Part shown: piece by piece, positions 6,907-13,732 of the stretch
Layout of the letters: each line of letters opens with the position of its first letter
Numbering within the stretch: the first letter of the stretch is position 1
Origin: a virus
Length of the DNA: 40,438 nt
IMG/VR virus record: IMGVR_UViG_3300045988_169891
Coordinates: 1-40,438 of that record
Strand: one strand, 5' to 3'
Position numbers and translations under genes: made by a program
Notes under the pieces: generated by a model
The model's input: only the letters and a program-made list of their open reading frames with translations
Databases searched by the model: none
Told to the model about the DNA's origin: nothing

Positions 6907-7049
6907 TTCCGGCCTCCCGACAGATAGCCGAACACCCCGGCGGCCATGCCGAAGGTTCCGGCCGCGATGGCCTGACCGCCGATGGCGAGAATGAGGCACA
7001 TCGCGCCACATATCAGCGAGACGAGCCTGTATGCGTTTGTTGTGTTCAT
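6903..7049 (-). CDS. 48-aa glycine-zipper membrane peptide
   Basis: Translated by hand: MNTTNAYRLVSLICGAMCLILAIGGQAIAAGTFGMAAGVFGYLSGGRK. Its stop overlaps the Xis-like start (ATGA). The Shine-Dalgarno is weak. Too short for the ORF track. Confidence 0.4.
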   Translation of the reverse strand: MNTTNAYRLVSLICGAMCLILAIGGQAIAAGTFGMAAGVFGYLSGGRK

Positions 7050-7127
7050 GATGTTCCATGGATTAGTCTGGGGATAGGGAGCCGCAGCTCCGGATACTAG
7101 GACTATTCGGAATCTGCGGCTCTTGTA

Positions 7128-7277
7128 CTACCGGCGAGGCCTTCGCCGTATGTGCGGCGGCTTGGGCTTCGGTGCGGGTGGTGGCTCGTTGCCTTTGGAT
7201 TTCACCGCCGCGATGACTGCGGCGATTCCGACAAGCAGGGAGCCGATGGCTTCTATCGCTTTCCAGACCTCATCCAT
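7128..7277 (-). CDS. 49-aa single-pass membrane peptide with Pro/Arg-rich tail
   Basis: Translated by hand: MDEVWKAIEAIGSLLVGIAAVIAAVKSKGNEPPPAPKPKPPHIRRRPRR. A strong GGAAGGAGGTGAGAC Shine-Dalgarno precedes the ATG. Confidence 0.55.
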   Translation of the reverse strand: MDEVWKAIEAIGSLLVGIAAVIAAVKSKGNEPPPAPKPKPPHIRRRPRR

Positions 7278-7307
7278 GTCTCACCTCCTTCCACTGTTCT
7301 GTTTTCG

Positions 7308-7347
7308 TTGACATAATAATTATAGCTCAATTAAGTAAGTTATGCAA
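7308..7347. promoter_or_regulatory. AT-rich divergent promoter region
   Basis: Minus strand: TTGCAT (comp. 7342-7347), 17 nt, TATAAT (comp. 7319-7324), facing the 7277 operon. Plus strand: TTGACA at 7308-7313, but only a weak -10 (TTAAGT, 7331-7336). Confidence 0.35.
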
Positions 7348-7534
7348 GCTGAAACGACGGAAAATGATGTGCTGCAATGAATTGGCCAAGGAGATGCCGG
7401 GCGTGATGTGCCTTTGGAGCATGTCTGCTTGAGAGCGGAATTATGCACATTTGTCCACATTTTTTAGGAAAATAGCAGGAGTGTCTAGGTGGATTACGGT
7501 GGTTTCAGTGGCTGCCGCGCGTGCATGATGGGAG

Positions 7535-8110
7535 GTGACCCGTATATTGGCCGCAACGGATAATATGACTGAAGCCACTCCCTCTGTGCGCCCGATCATC
7601 GAGAACACCGGAGCCACCGCCACCGCTGCCGCGGAGACGCTGATGAAGACCATCGCCATGGACGGCAACCGGATCAACATACCCATCGACGTGCGCCAAG
7701 TGGCGGAACGCTTGGGGTTGGAAGTGCAGTACCTGTTACTTGATAGCGGCACGGACGGCATGATCGTCAAAGAAGCGGGCCGCCCATGCAAAGTCGTGGT
7801 CGACGCGCTCGCCCATACACACCGCCGACGCTTCACCCTTGCCCATGAAATCGGCCATTATGTGCAGAAATACCAAAAATACGCATTGGGCGACGAGGGC
7901 GGTGAGATCGACTACCGAGACGAGCGTTCATCGAAGGGAACGGAACCCGACGAGCGTTGGGCGAACGGATTCGCCGCGGCGCTCCTCATGCCGGCCTCCG
8001 CGGTCCGGCAATTCTGGGCACAGGGCATGACCCCGGAACAACTGGCCGAAGCGTTCAACGTCTCGCAGCGATCCATGGACCTGCGCATCGCGAAACTCGG
8101 ACTCCGCTAA
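7535..8110 (+). CDS. ImmA/IrrE-family zinc metallopeptidase
   Basis: HEXXH motif (FTLAHEIGHY) with downstream E...ANGFAAALLMP, typical of COG2856/ImmA peptidases. The start is uncertain: GTG 7535 lies directly after GGGAGG, and ATG 7565 is an alternative. Confidence 0.85.
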   Translation: MTRILAATDNMTEATPSVRPIIENTGATATAAAETLMKTIAMDGNRINIPIDVRQVAERLGLEVQYLLLDSGTDGMIVKEAGRPCKVVVDALAHTHRRRFTLAHEIGHYVQKYQKYALGDEGGEIDYRDERSSKGTEPDERWANGFAAALLMPASAVRQFWAQGMTPEQLAEAFNVSQRSMDLRIAKLGLR

Positions 8111-8122
8111 GGAACCCAGCCC

Positions 8123-8761
8123 GTGACAAACAAGCAAAACGCTGACGCCTCGGAATCATTCCGCCAGCTGATGGCCGCCTACAGCAAGGCGTTCTCCTCC
8201 ACTCCCGATTCCGTCAAGGAAGAAGAGAACGCCGACGACACCGCGACAACCACCGAAAACGGGACAACTCCGAGTCCTCGAACCGCCTCCATATTGGACG
8301 CCGACGACGAAACCACCGAGACGGCCCTCGAATTCAACCTCGAACGAGCAAAACTCCTGAATCGACAAAAAGAACAGGAGCTCGAGGAACAAGCCCAGAA
8401 AATCAAAAGACTTAAGGCGCGGAACGCAAGACGATGGCTATCCATCATCCTGCGAGGAATACTCGCGGTGACTGCAATCGTATTCGTCGGCATCCAGCTC
8501 TGGAACTGCAACGCCATCGTCTCCGAATACGTCGCATACATGATCCACACCGACAAAGAATCCCCGGTCGTCATCATCTCCTGGATGGCAACAAGCCTCG
8601 GAGAAGTCGTCGGCATCCTATGGGTCATCGCACGCAACCTCTTCCCCTTCCACGACAAACACCGTGACCGTGAAGCCGAAAAACAAAACCCAAAACAAAC
8701 CCAACTGGAAAAAGACACCATGACATACATCGCCAAAGCATTGGCGGACAAAGATAACTGA
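8123..8761 (+). CDS. membrane protein: acidic N-terminus, coiled coil, 2-3 TM helices
   Basis: GTG start 12 nt after the ImmA stop. KLLNRQKEQELEEQAQKIKRLKARN is a coiled coil. TM segments are WLSIILRGILAVTAIVFVGIQLW and VVIISWMATSLGEVVGILWVIA. Confidence 0.75.
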   Translation: MTNKQNADASESFRQLMAAYSKAFSSTPDSVKEEENADDTATTTENGTTPSPRTASILDADDETTETALEFNLERAKLLNRQKEQELEEQAQKIKRLKARNARRWLSIILRGILAVTAIVFVGIQLWNCNAIVSEYVAYMIHTDKESPVVIISWMATSLGEVVGILWVIARNLFPFHDKHRDREAEKQNPKQTQLEKDTMTYIAKALADKDN

Positions 8762-8765
8762 AAAC

Positions 8766-8797
8766 CGCCCCGGCGCTCGCAGAGAGAGGCCGGGGCG
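8766..8797 (+). terminator. terminator-like hairpin
   Basis: CGCCCCGGC (8766-8774) pairs with GCCGGGGCG (8789-8797). Confidence 0.5.
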
Positions 8798-8869
8798 ATT
8801 CCGTATATGCGGCGGTAGAATCTAATCAAGCCGCATCGAGTTGGCTGAACGAACAACGAGGTTGGAGGC

Positions 8870-9526
8870 ATGATGCCGACAGGGAATAGAAGACTTGCAT
8901 CGCAGATGATGAACCCTATGGAGATAAGCCTTGCCGATGAGGTAAGGAAGACGCTGCAGGCGGAATGCTATGGCGCCGCCCTAGCTCTTGCGCTCACAAT
9001 TCCGGATGCCTACGGGCAGATTGCCTTTCCGGAAGAGAAAAAAGTCGGGAAAAGATACATGGACTGGTACCGGCAATACTGTGGATATGCCCTTAGCTCA
9101 AGAATGGGTAAGGACCCGATGCCGGCCTTTGATGCCCTTGCATGTTACAAGCTGCGCTGCGAACTGCTTCACAACGGCGATGCCAATATGGAGACCAAAT
9201 ACCTGTACGAGTTGGATGACCAAGGGAAGCTGATGCGGAATGACGTCAATCTTGAACGCGTCTCGTTCTCATTGCGCATTGGACTGAGTTCGAAACTCGG
9301 CAAGACGTGGGAACGTGACGACGAGGAAAACGCGGAGTACAGCCTCGTCGTATCCGTCGAGGAACTGTGTCTTGCGCTATGTGATGCCGCCGACCGATTC
9401 GACCGGAATACAGAAACGCAATGCCGACCTGAACTGCGACCGCGGATAGTCATAGATGATTTAAGGAACGTGACAGCGTATCGATGGCGGTCGAAACCCC
9501 TGTCGGCAGATGAAGTGGCGGAATGA
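8870..9526 (+). CDS. hypothetical protein with an Rx4H motif (possible HEPN-like fold)
   Basis: 218 aa after a GGAGG Shine-Dalgarno, with lower GC than the flanks. YKLRCELLHNG gives R96-x4-H101 (9155-9172) in a helix-rich context. The family assignment is speculative. Confidence 0.75.
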   Translation: MMPTGNRRLASQMMNPMEISLADEVRKTLQAECYGAALALALTIPDAYGQIAFPEEKKVGKRYMDWYRQYCGYALSSRMGKDPMPAFDALACYKLRCELLHNGDANMETKYLYELDDQGKLMRNDVNLERVSFSLRIGLSSKLGKTWERDDEENAEYSLVVSVEELCLALCDAADRFDRNTETQCRPELRPRIVIDDLRNVTAYRWRSKPLSADEVAE

Positions 9527-9597
9527 TGCCAAAAGACGACGGTAAAAATCTAAACATAGCCGCATCGAGACGGCCAAGAGAACGAGGGGGAATAGAT

Positions 9598-11037
9598 ATG
9601 ACAATGGCAAAATGGGCTGAAAGACTTCTGGCTGGAATCGCCGTCATCGCGCTCGGCTCTTCGCTGGCTGCATGCGGAAATGAAAGAACACAGTCTCAGG
9701 CAACTCCTTCGACCTCGCAGAACCAATCCGCAACCACGACTCCACCGAAAAAGCAGGAAGAACCAAAACCCGAACCGGCGCAGCCAATGGCGGATTTCAT
9801 CAAAGCGTTTGACTCTAACAATGCCACGCCAATCACGGATGCAGTCGAGTTCGATCCGCAGAACCGTGACAGCGGATACTATCGAACGGAATACCGGCTC
9901 GGCGCATTCAATGGATCCAAGGGAACCCACGGCAACGTCGGAAACATGACCATAGACATCGTCGAATATGGATACTGGGGTAAAAACACCAATCTGTGCG
10001 TCTATCTCAGTGGAACACCCGACGACGTCCGTACTGCCTATCCGGCATTGGCAAAATCCGTAGACCCCTCACTCTCGGACAACGATATTCAAGCGGTGCT
10101 GGACAAATCCTCTTCCGGGGGAGATGTGCAAGGAGAACTATCCTTTGCCCCCGTCAAGGCAGACAGTGCAATCCGATTATTTGATCAAACACATCGATGG
10201 AAGCCTGGAGGCATTCATCGATGCCGATCTCAGCAAGACCAAGCAGTAGCAAGCTACATTGAAAGCCAAGAGAAAAGAAGACCAACCATGACAATACGCA
10301 AACGCACCCTCTACTGGATACTCGCCGCGATATTCGCATTCACCGCCATATACGCGCCATTCAGCGACGACAAGGATTCCAGCATACTGGTCACAATCCT
10401 GACCATCCTCCTCTTCATCGCGCTCGCCATACTGTTCGCGCACCTCGCGCGAAAGGTCGACCCCGAGAAGGCGATCCGATTCGGCAAGGCGAAGACCGTG
10501 GCCAGAGCTGCGTCCGTCAACGGGTTGCCGCGCGACTACACATGCATCGACATCGAAACCACCGGACTGCCCGACCAGGATCCGCGAATCATCGAGCTCG
10601 GCGCCGTCCGCATCCGCAACGGTAAGGTATCCGGCACCTACAGCCAACTCGTCAACCCCGGCAAACCCATACCCGCAAAGGTCGCGGAACTCACCGGAAT
10701 CTACGACAGCCTCGTGGCAGACAGCCCCACCATCGCCCAGGCATTGCCGAGCTTCGTCGAATTCTGCGGCACCGACACCCTCGTCGGACACAACATCGAC
10801 CGATTCGACGCGCCCATCATCCAAGCCGAGGCCCAACGCAACAACATCCAACTCCCCGATTTCAACACGATCGACACGTTGCCGCTCGCCGAAACCCTCT
10901 GCCCCGAACTCGACCGCCATCGCGTCGTCGACCTCATCCGGGCGTTCGACATCGGCGACACCGAAGATCACCGCGCAACGCAAGACGCACTGCAGACCTC
11001 GCAGATCTACGAAGAACTCCGCAGGCGAGCCTCATAA
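9598..11037 (+). CDS. as-assembled single ORF: lipoprotein module (lipobox LAAC) + linker + 2 TM + DEDDh 3'-5' exonuclease
   Basis: A lipoprotein signal peptide MTMAKWAERLLAGIAVIALGSSLAAC (Cys codon 9673-9675) follows a GAGGGGG Shine-Dalgarno. There is no in-frame stop until 11037. The segment 10185-10287 translates to R/C/W-rich, non-protein-like sequence. This is probably two genes (see finding). Confidence 0.55.
   Translation: MTMAKWAERLLAGIAVIALGSSLAACGNERTQSQATPSTSQNQSATTTPPKKQEEPKPEPAQPMADFIKAFDSNNATPITDAVEFDPQNRDSGYYRTEYRLGAFNGSKGTHGNVGNMTIDIVEYGYWGKNTNLCVYLSGTPDDVRTAYPALAKSVDPSLSDNDIQAVLDKSSSGGDVQGELSFAPVKADSAIRLFDQTHRWKPGGIHRCRSQQDQAVASYIESQEKRRPTMTIRKRTLYWILAAIFAFTAIYAPFSDDKDSSILVTILTILLFIALAILFAHLARKVDPEKAIRFGKAKTVARAASVNGLPRDYTCIDIETTGLPDQDPRIIELGAVRIRNGKVSGTYSQLVNPGKPIPAKVAELTGIYDSLVADSPTIAQALPSFVEFCGTDTLVGHNIDRFDAPIIQAEAQRNNIQLPDFNTIDTLPLAETLCPELDRHRVVDLIRAFDIGDTEDHRATQDALQTSQIYEELRRRAS
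10288..11037 (+). CDS. membrane-anchored DnaQ-like DEDDh exonuclease (alternative, stand-alone reading)
   Basis: ATG 10288 gives MTIRKR, two TM helices and then ARKVDPEKAIRFGKAK, which obeys the positive-inside rule. Exo I is CIDIETTGL, Exo II is GHNIDRFDAPI and Exo III is HRATQDAL. Confidence 0.6.
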   Translation: MTIRKRTLYWILAAIFAFTAIYAPFSDDKDSSILVTILTILLFIALAILFAHLARKVDPEKAIRFGKAKTVARAASVNGLPRDYTCIDIETTGLPDQDPRIIELGAVRIRNGKVSGTYSQLVNPGKPIPAKVAELTGIYDSLVADSPTIAQALPSFVEFCGTDTLVGHNIDRFDAPIIQAEAQRNNIQLPDFNTIDTLPLAETLCPELDRHRVVDLIRAFDIGDTEDHRATQDALQTSQIYEELRRRAS

Positions 11038-11052
11038 CCATAAACAGCAAAA

Positions 11053-11097
11053 CACCCCGGCGCTCATAACGAGCGACCGGGGCGTTTTTGTTTTTTT
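11053..11097. terminator. bidirectional terminator between convergent units
   Basis: CACCCCGGCGCTC ... GAGCGACCGGGGCG forms an imperfect stem, followed by TTTTTGTTTTTTT. The minus-strand gene ends at 11096. Confidence 0.7.
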
Positions 11098-11428
11098 ATT
11101 CGACTTTAGGTGGCTGTTGCCATTTGGGGTCTTCGGAACTGGCTTTGATTCTGCGGCCTAGTTCCGCCATGAGTTCATCGTCTGACGCATCTCTTAATGC
11201 GTCCTGGCTTTTGATTGCCTTGATGTCGTCATCTGTGAGCAACCCCATGATGATTAGGGGCTCAATGGCGGGTCTGCCGTATGCGCGCGCAATGGCGACG
11301 GCATTTTTTTCTGAGAGTCGATCGGGGAGTTGGCGCCATATGGATGATGCCTGCACCCCAGCTTTTTTAGCGACGGCGTTATAGCTCTCACCGCCAGTTA
11401 TCTTCTCGAACCAATCGTTGATACTCAT
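11096..11428 (-). CDS. HTH DNA-binding protein, CI-like repressor candidate A (110 aa)
   Basis: Internal Met34 of track ORF 11096..11527. NAVAKKAGVQASSIWRQ is an HTH-like segment. It is a paralogue of 11457..11801 (shared W[FY]E, VA[KR]KAG, WRQ, IARAYG). Confidence 0.75.
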   Translation of the reverse strand: MSINDWFEKITGGESYNAVAKKAGVQASSIWRQLPDRLSEKNAVAIARAYGRPAIEPLIIMGLLTDDDIKAIKSQDALRDASDDELMAELGRRIKASSEDPKWQQPPKVE

Positions 11429-11431
11429 ACA

Positions 11432-11444
11432 TTGCATTATGCAA
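11432..11444. promoter_or_regulatory. 13-bp perfect palindrome TTGCAT-T-ATGCAA (operator candidate with embedded CATAAT)
   Basis: It lies in the 28-bp gap between the two repressor-like genes, 4 nt upstream of the 11428 start on the minus strand. It has the same architecture as the 11804-11816 palindrome. Confidence 0.55.
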
Positions 11445-11456
11445 TGAAATTGCTCA

Positions 11457-11801
11457 TTATTCGGTGACCATGGGACTTGACCAGGTGGGGTTATCTGGGT
11501 CGGCTTCAATCCTGCGCGCCATCTCATGCATGATCTGAGGCCAGCTCGCTTTCTGTAGGGCTTCGTCGATACCGATTTCGAGAGTGCCTTCGGGCGCCAT
11601 CAGATAGCCAAAGGTCACCAATGCCTTGACTGGGCTGGTTCCATAGGCGCGAGCAATGAGGATGACATTCTCGGCGGAAAAATTAAGTGCACCGTCGGCA
11701 TATTGCCTCCATGCTGTAGTGGCGGATATACCCGCCTTCCGCGCCACGTCCTTGATTGTGTCTTTACCGACAAGGCGTTCGTACCACTTGTATTTATCCA
11801 T
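11457..11801 (-). CDS. HTH DNA-binding protein, CI-like repressor candidate B (114 aa)
   Basis: Internal Met11 of track ORF 11457..11831. DVARKAGISATTAWRQ is an HTH-like segment. It is divergent from the Cro-like gene. Confidence 0.75.
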   Translation of the reverse strand: MDKYKWYERLVGKDTIKDVARKAGISATTAWRQYADGALNFSAENVILIARAYGTSPVKALVTFGYLMAPEGTLEIGIDEALQKASWPQIMHEMARRIEADPDNPTWSSPMVTE

Positions 11802-11803
11802 GA

Positions 11804-11836
11804 TTCCATTATGGAACCAAATTGATTCCATGTCAA
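11804..11836 (-). promoter_or_regulatory. leftward promoter (TTGACA-17-CATAAT) overlapping palindromic operator TTCCAT-T-ATGGAA; probably a leaderless repressor mRNA
   Basis: On the minus strand, -35 TTGACA is comp. 11831-11836, the spacer is 17 nt, and -10 CATAAT is comp. 11808-11813, inside the palindrome at 11804-11816. Only 6 nt separate the -10 from the ATG at 11801. ATTCCAT half-sites also occur at 11825-11831 and 11844-11850. Confidence 0.55.
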
Positions 11837-11856
11837 AATTTCAATTCCATTTCGGT

Positions 11857-11885
11857 TTGACAAAAGGGGGGAGCGGCTTTAATCT
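11857..11885 (+). promoter_or_regulatory. rightward early promoter (TTGACA-17-TAATCT)
   Basis: TTGACA lies at 11857-11862 and TAATCT at 11880-11885, about 45 nt upstream of the Cro-like start. Confidence 0.5.
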
Positions 11886-11930
11886 GATACCAAGATGAAA
11901 CCGCAATACCGAAATGAAACGAGGTATGAC

Positions 11931-12179
11931 ATGGCTAAGGTTTTCGTGTTGCGCGAAGGATTTTTGGACCGTGTGCGAAAAATGAGTGGTCTTAAATCCG
12001 AAGAGGCTTTTGCGGGTGCTCTACACGTGTCGCTGGAAGAGTTACAAACTGCGGAGCGGTTGCGTAATCCGTCACCTAACGTTCTGGTCGGTCTGTTCGA
12101 GGCATTCGGTTTTACGCCGGGTGAGGCAACCATTGTGGAGGAGCAGGTAGTTCCGCGCTCGCAGGAGCTGGTGGCGTGA
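11931..12179 (+). CDS. Cro-like / XRE-type HTH protein (82 aa)
   Basis: ATG 11931 follows GAGG. MSGLKSEEAFAGALHVSLEELQTAE is HTH-like. It is the first gene of the rightward operon. Confidence 0.7.
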   Translation: MAKVFVLREGFLDRVRKMSGLKSEEAFAGALHVSLEELQTAERLRNPSPNVLVGLFEAFGFTPGEATIVEEQVVPRSQELVA

Positions 12180-12547
12180 TGTGGCCGGCATCCTCTTTGA
12201 AGAAACCGGCCAATAAGTCATCTGCTGGTGTGAAGCTCGGTGAGTCTCTTGTTGATATCGGTCTGCTGGGCGAACGTGTCCATAATCTGCTTGTTGAAAG
12301 CGGCCTGCCGATCGCACGCGCCACCCTCGACAGCGCAGGCGAACAGGACAGCAACCTTCTAGGCCTTCAACTGGCCGAAGGCATACCTGTCTTCGTCCGA
12401 AGCATGAGCAGCGCCATCGCCGACCAGATCGGCAAAGCGCTCCTGATGGACGCCAAAACGGACGCAGGATTCCTGCCATCCATCACACTCGCCGACTATC
12501 TGCCCAAGGGGGTGAGCATCGATGCGAACCCCGAAGAAAAAGCATAA
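12176..12547 (+). CDS. hypothetical protein
   Basis: Track ORF, with a GTGATG start overlapping the previous stop. Confidence 0.7.
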   Translation: MMWPASSLKKPANKSSAGVKLGESLVDIGLLGERVHNLLVESGLPIARATLDSAGEQDSNLLGLQLAEGIPVFVRSMSSAIADQIGKALLMDAKTDAGFLPSITLADYLPKGVSIDANPEEKA

Positions 12548-12740
12548 CGGTGAAACCATCACGCTCGCCATCGTCATGCTGCTCTCCCTCGCATGGCTGC
12601 TCACCCACGAAGGCTGCTCCCACCCGATCGGCAACACCATCGCCCTAATCATCTACGTCGCCAGCGGCGTACTGCTCGCCCTCCCGTGGGCAATAGAAAA
12701 ACTCGAACCATACCTCACCGAAAGAGAGGACCAGCAATGA
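12522..12740 (+). CDS. hypothetical membrane protein (2 TM)
   Basis: Track ORF. TM segments are ITLAIVMLLSLAWLL and IALIIYVASGVLLALPWAI. Confidence 0.65.
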   Translation: MRTPKKKHNGETITLAIVMLLSLAWLLTHEGCSHPIGNTIALIIYVASGVLLALPWAIEKLEPYLTEREDQQ

Positions 12741-13069
12741 GCGAAACCAAGATCCTCGAACACGTGGCCCTCATGACCAGGCTCAACGAGCAGGGCGTGC
12801 GCGCCGAAACCACGAAACAGGCCCGCAAGGCGCTCGCCGACCAATACGGCGTGAGGATCCCCGTCAACCAGACACCGCTCAACGAGCGTGAATCCTGGAC
12901 GCTGAACTCGGCCGCGAAGGTGTGGAACATCGACTATCACGCACTCCTCATAGCCGCGAACAACGGCACTCTCACCACATTCCGTCCGCCAAGCCGACGG
13001 GGAACCAGAAGCTGGCGGCGCGTCACCCGCAAGGCGATGGAGGAATTCATCGCCCAATTCGAGGAATAG
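12737..13069 (+). CDS. excisionase-family (HTH_17-like) DNA-binding protein
   Basis: ATGA overlap with the previous stop. WTLNSAAKVWNIDYHALLIAANNGTLTTFRPP...WRRVTRKAMEEFI resembles MerR/excisionase HTH. Confidence 0.7.
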   Translation: MSETKILEHVALMTRLNEQGVRAETTKQARKALADQYGVRIPVNQTPLNERESWTLNSAAKVWNIDYHALLIAANNGTLTTFRPPSRRGTRSWRRVTRKAMEEFIAQFEE

Positions 13070-13071
13070 GC

Positions 13072-13272
13072 ATGTGCGAGCACATCATTCGCGCCACCGC
13101 AGCGATTCTCGCGCTCGCCGGTCTGGCTCTGTTACTGGCCGGGGCCCATGAGGGCAAGGGAGCGCCGATGCTCGGCGGCATGTACTGCTTCACCGTCGGC
13201 GTGCTGCTGCCGTCCACCACATACCAGGAAGACCAAGACCAAGAAGACCAGGAAGAACCGAAGGGAGACTGA
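13072..13272 (+). CDS. small membrane protein with acidic tail
   Basis: Internal ATG of track ORF 12922..13272. There are two hydrophobic segments, then YQEDQDQEDQEEP. Confidence 0.6.
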   Translation: MCEHIIRATAAILALAGLALLLAGAHEGKGAPMLGGMYCFTVGVLLPSTTYQEDQDQEDQEEPKGD

Positions 13273-13273
13273 T

Positions 13274-13732
13274 TTGGCCAAAGACCCAAGCATCTCGATC
13301 ATCAGGGGCCGATTGGCCGCTGACCCGGAATACCGGACCACGGGCAACGGGATACCCGTCGTGAATCTGCGCATCCTATCCAGCGGCTGGGAGAAGGACA
13401 CGGCCGGCAATCCGGTCGATGTCACGCCCACCAGCTGGCAGTGCGAGGCATGGCGTGAACTCGCCGAACACATCGTGACATCGCTCCGTAAGGGCGACCA
13501 GGTACTGGCAACGGTACGACCCCAGACCAACCGGTTCGAGAAACGCGACGGCGGCACCGGCTGGTCCACACGCTGGGTCATCGAGGACATCGGCCCCAGC
13601 CTGCAACGCGCCACCACCGCCATCACCCGCATCCAACGAGACCGGCACGCGCAACCGCAACCACCGCAGGACGGCTACTACGAACCTCCATCCACAGCAA
13701 ATGACCCATGGACCAACCAAGGAGCATCATGA
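13274..13732 (+). CDS. ssb: single-stranded DNA-binding protein
   Basis: TTG start 6 nt after AAGGGAG. OB-fold SSB pattern: ISIIRGRLAADPEYRTTGNGIPVVNLRI ... SWQCEAWRELAEHI..SLRKGDQV. The tail is P/Q-rich, ending DPW-like. Confidence 0.85.
   Translation: MAKDPSISIIRGRLAADPEYRTTGNGIPVVNLRILSSGWEKDTAGNPVDVTPTSWQCEAWRELAEHIVTSLRKGDQVLATVRPQTNRFEKRDGGTGWSTRWVIEDIGPSLQRATTAITRIQRDRHAQPQPPQDGYYEPPSTANDPWTNQGAS

Noticed and set aside
6907-7059. N-terminal 51 residues of track ORF 6679..7059 as part of the Xis-like protein.
   Set aside because: That segment is Arg/His-rich and not protein-like. An internal Met with a GGGAGG site gives a typical 75-aa excisionase-size protein. A different frame in the same region encodes a plausible membrane peptide.
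7452-7467. Shared CCACATTTTT motif between 7455-7464 and the 3231-3252 repeat, and a shared CATTAATCAAA 11-mer at 5070 and 21304, as possible common regulatory sites.
   Set aside because: Matches of 10-11 nt are expected by chance many times in 40 kb, and there is no supporting symmetry or positional logic.
9523-9597. Upstream ATGATG start (9523) for the lipoprotein ORF, as given by the ORF track.
   Set aside because: It would add 25 mostly charged residues before an otherwise canonical lipoprotein signal peptide. ATG 9598 has a GAGGGGG Shine-Dalgarno and gives a standard n-h-c/lipobox layout.
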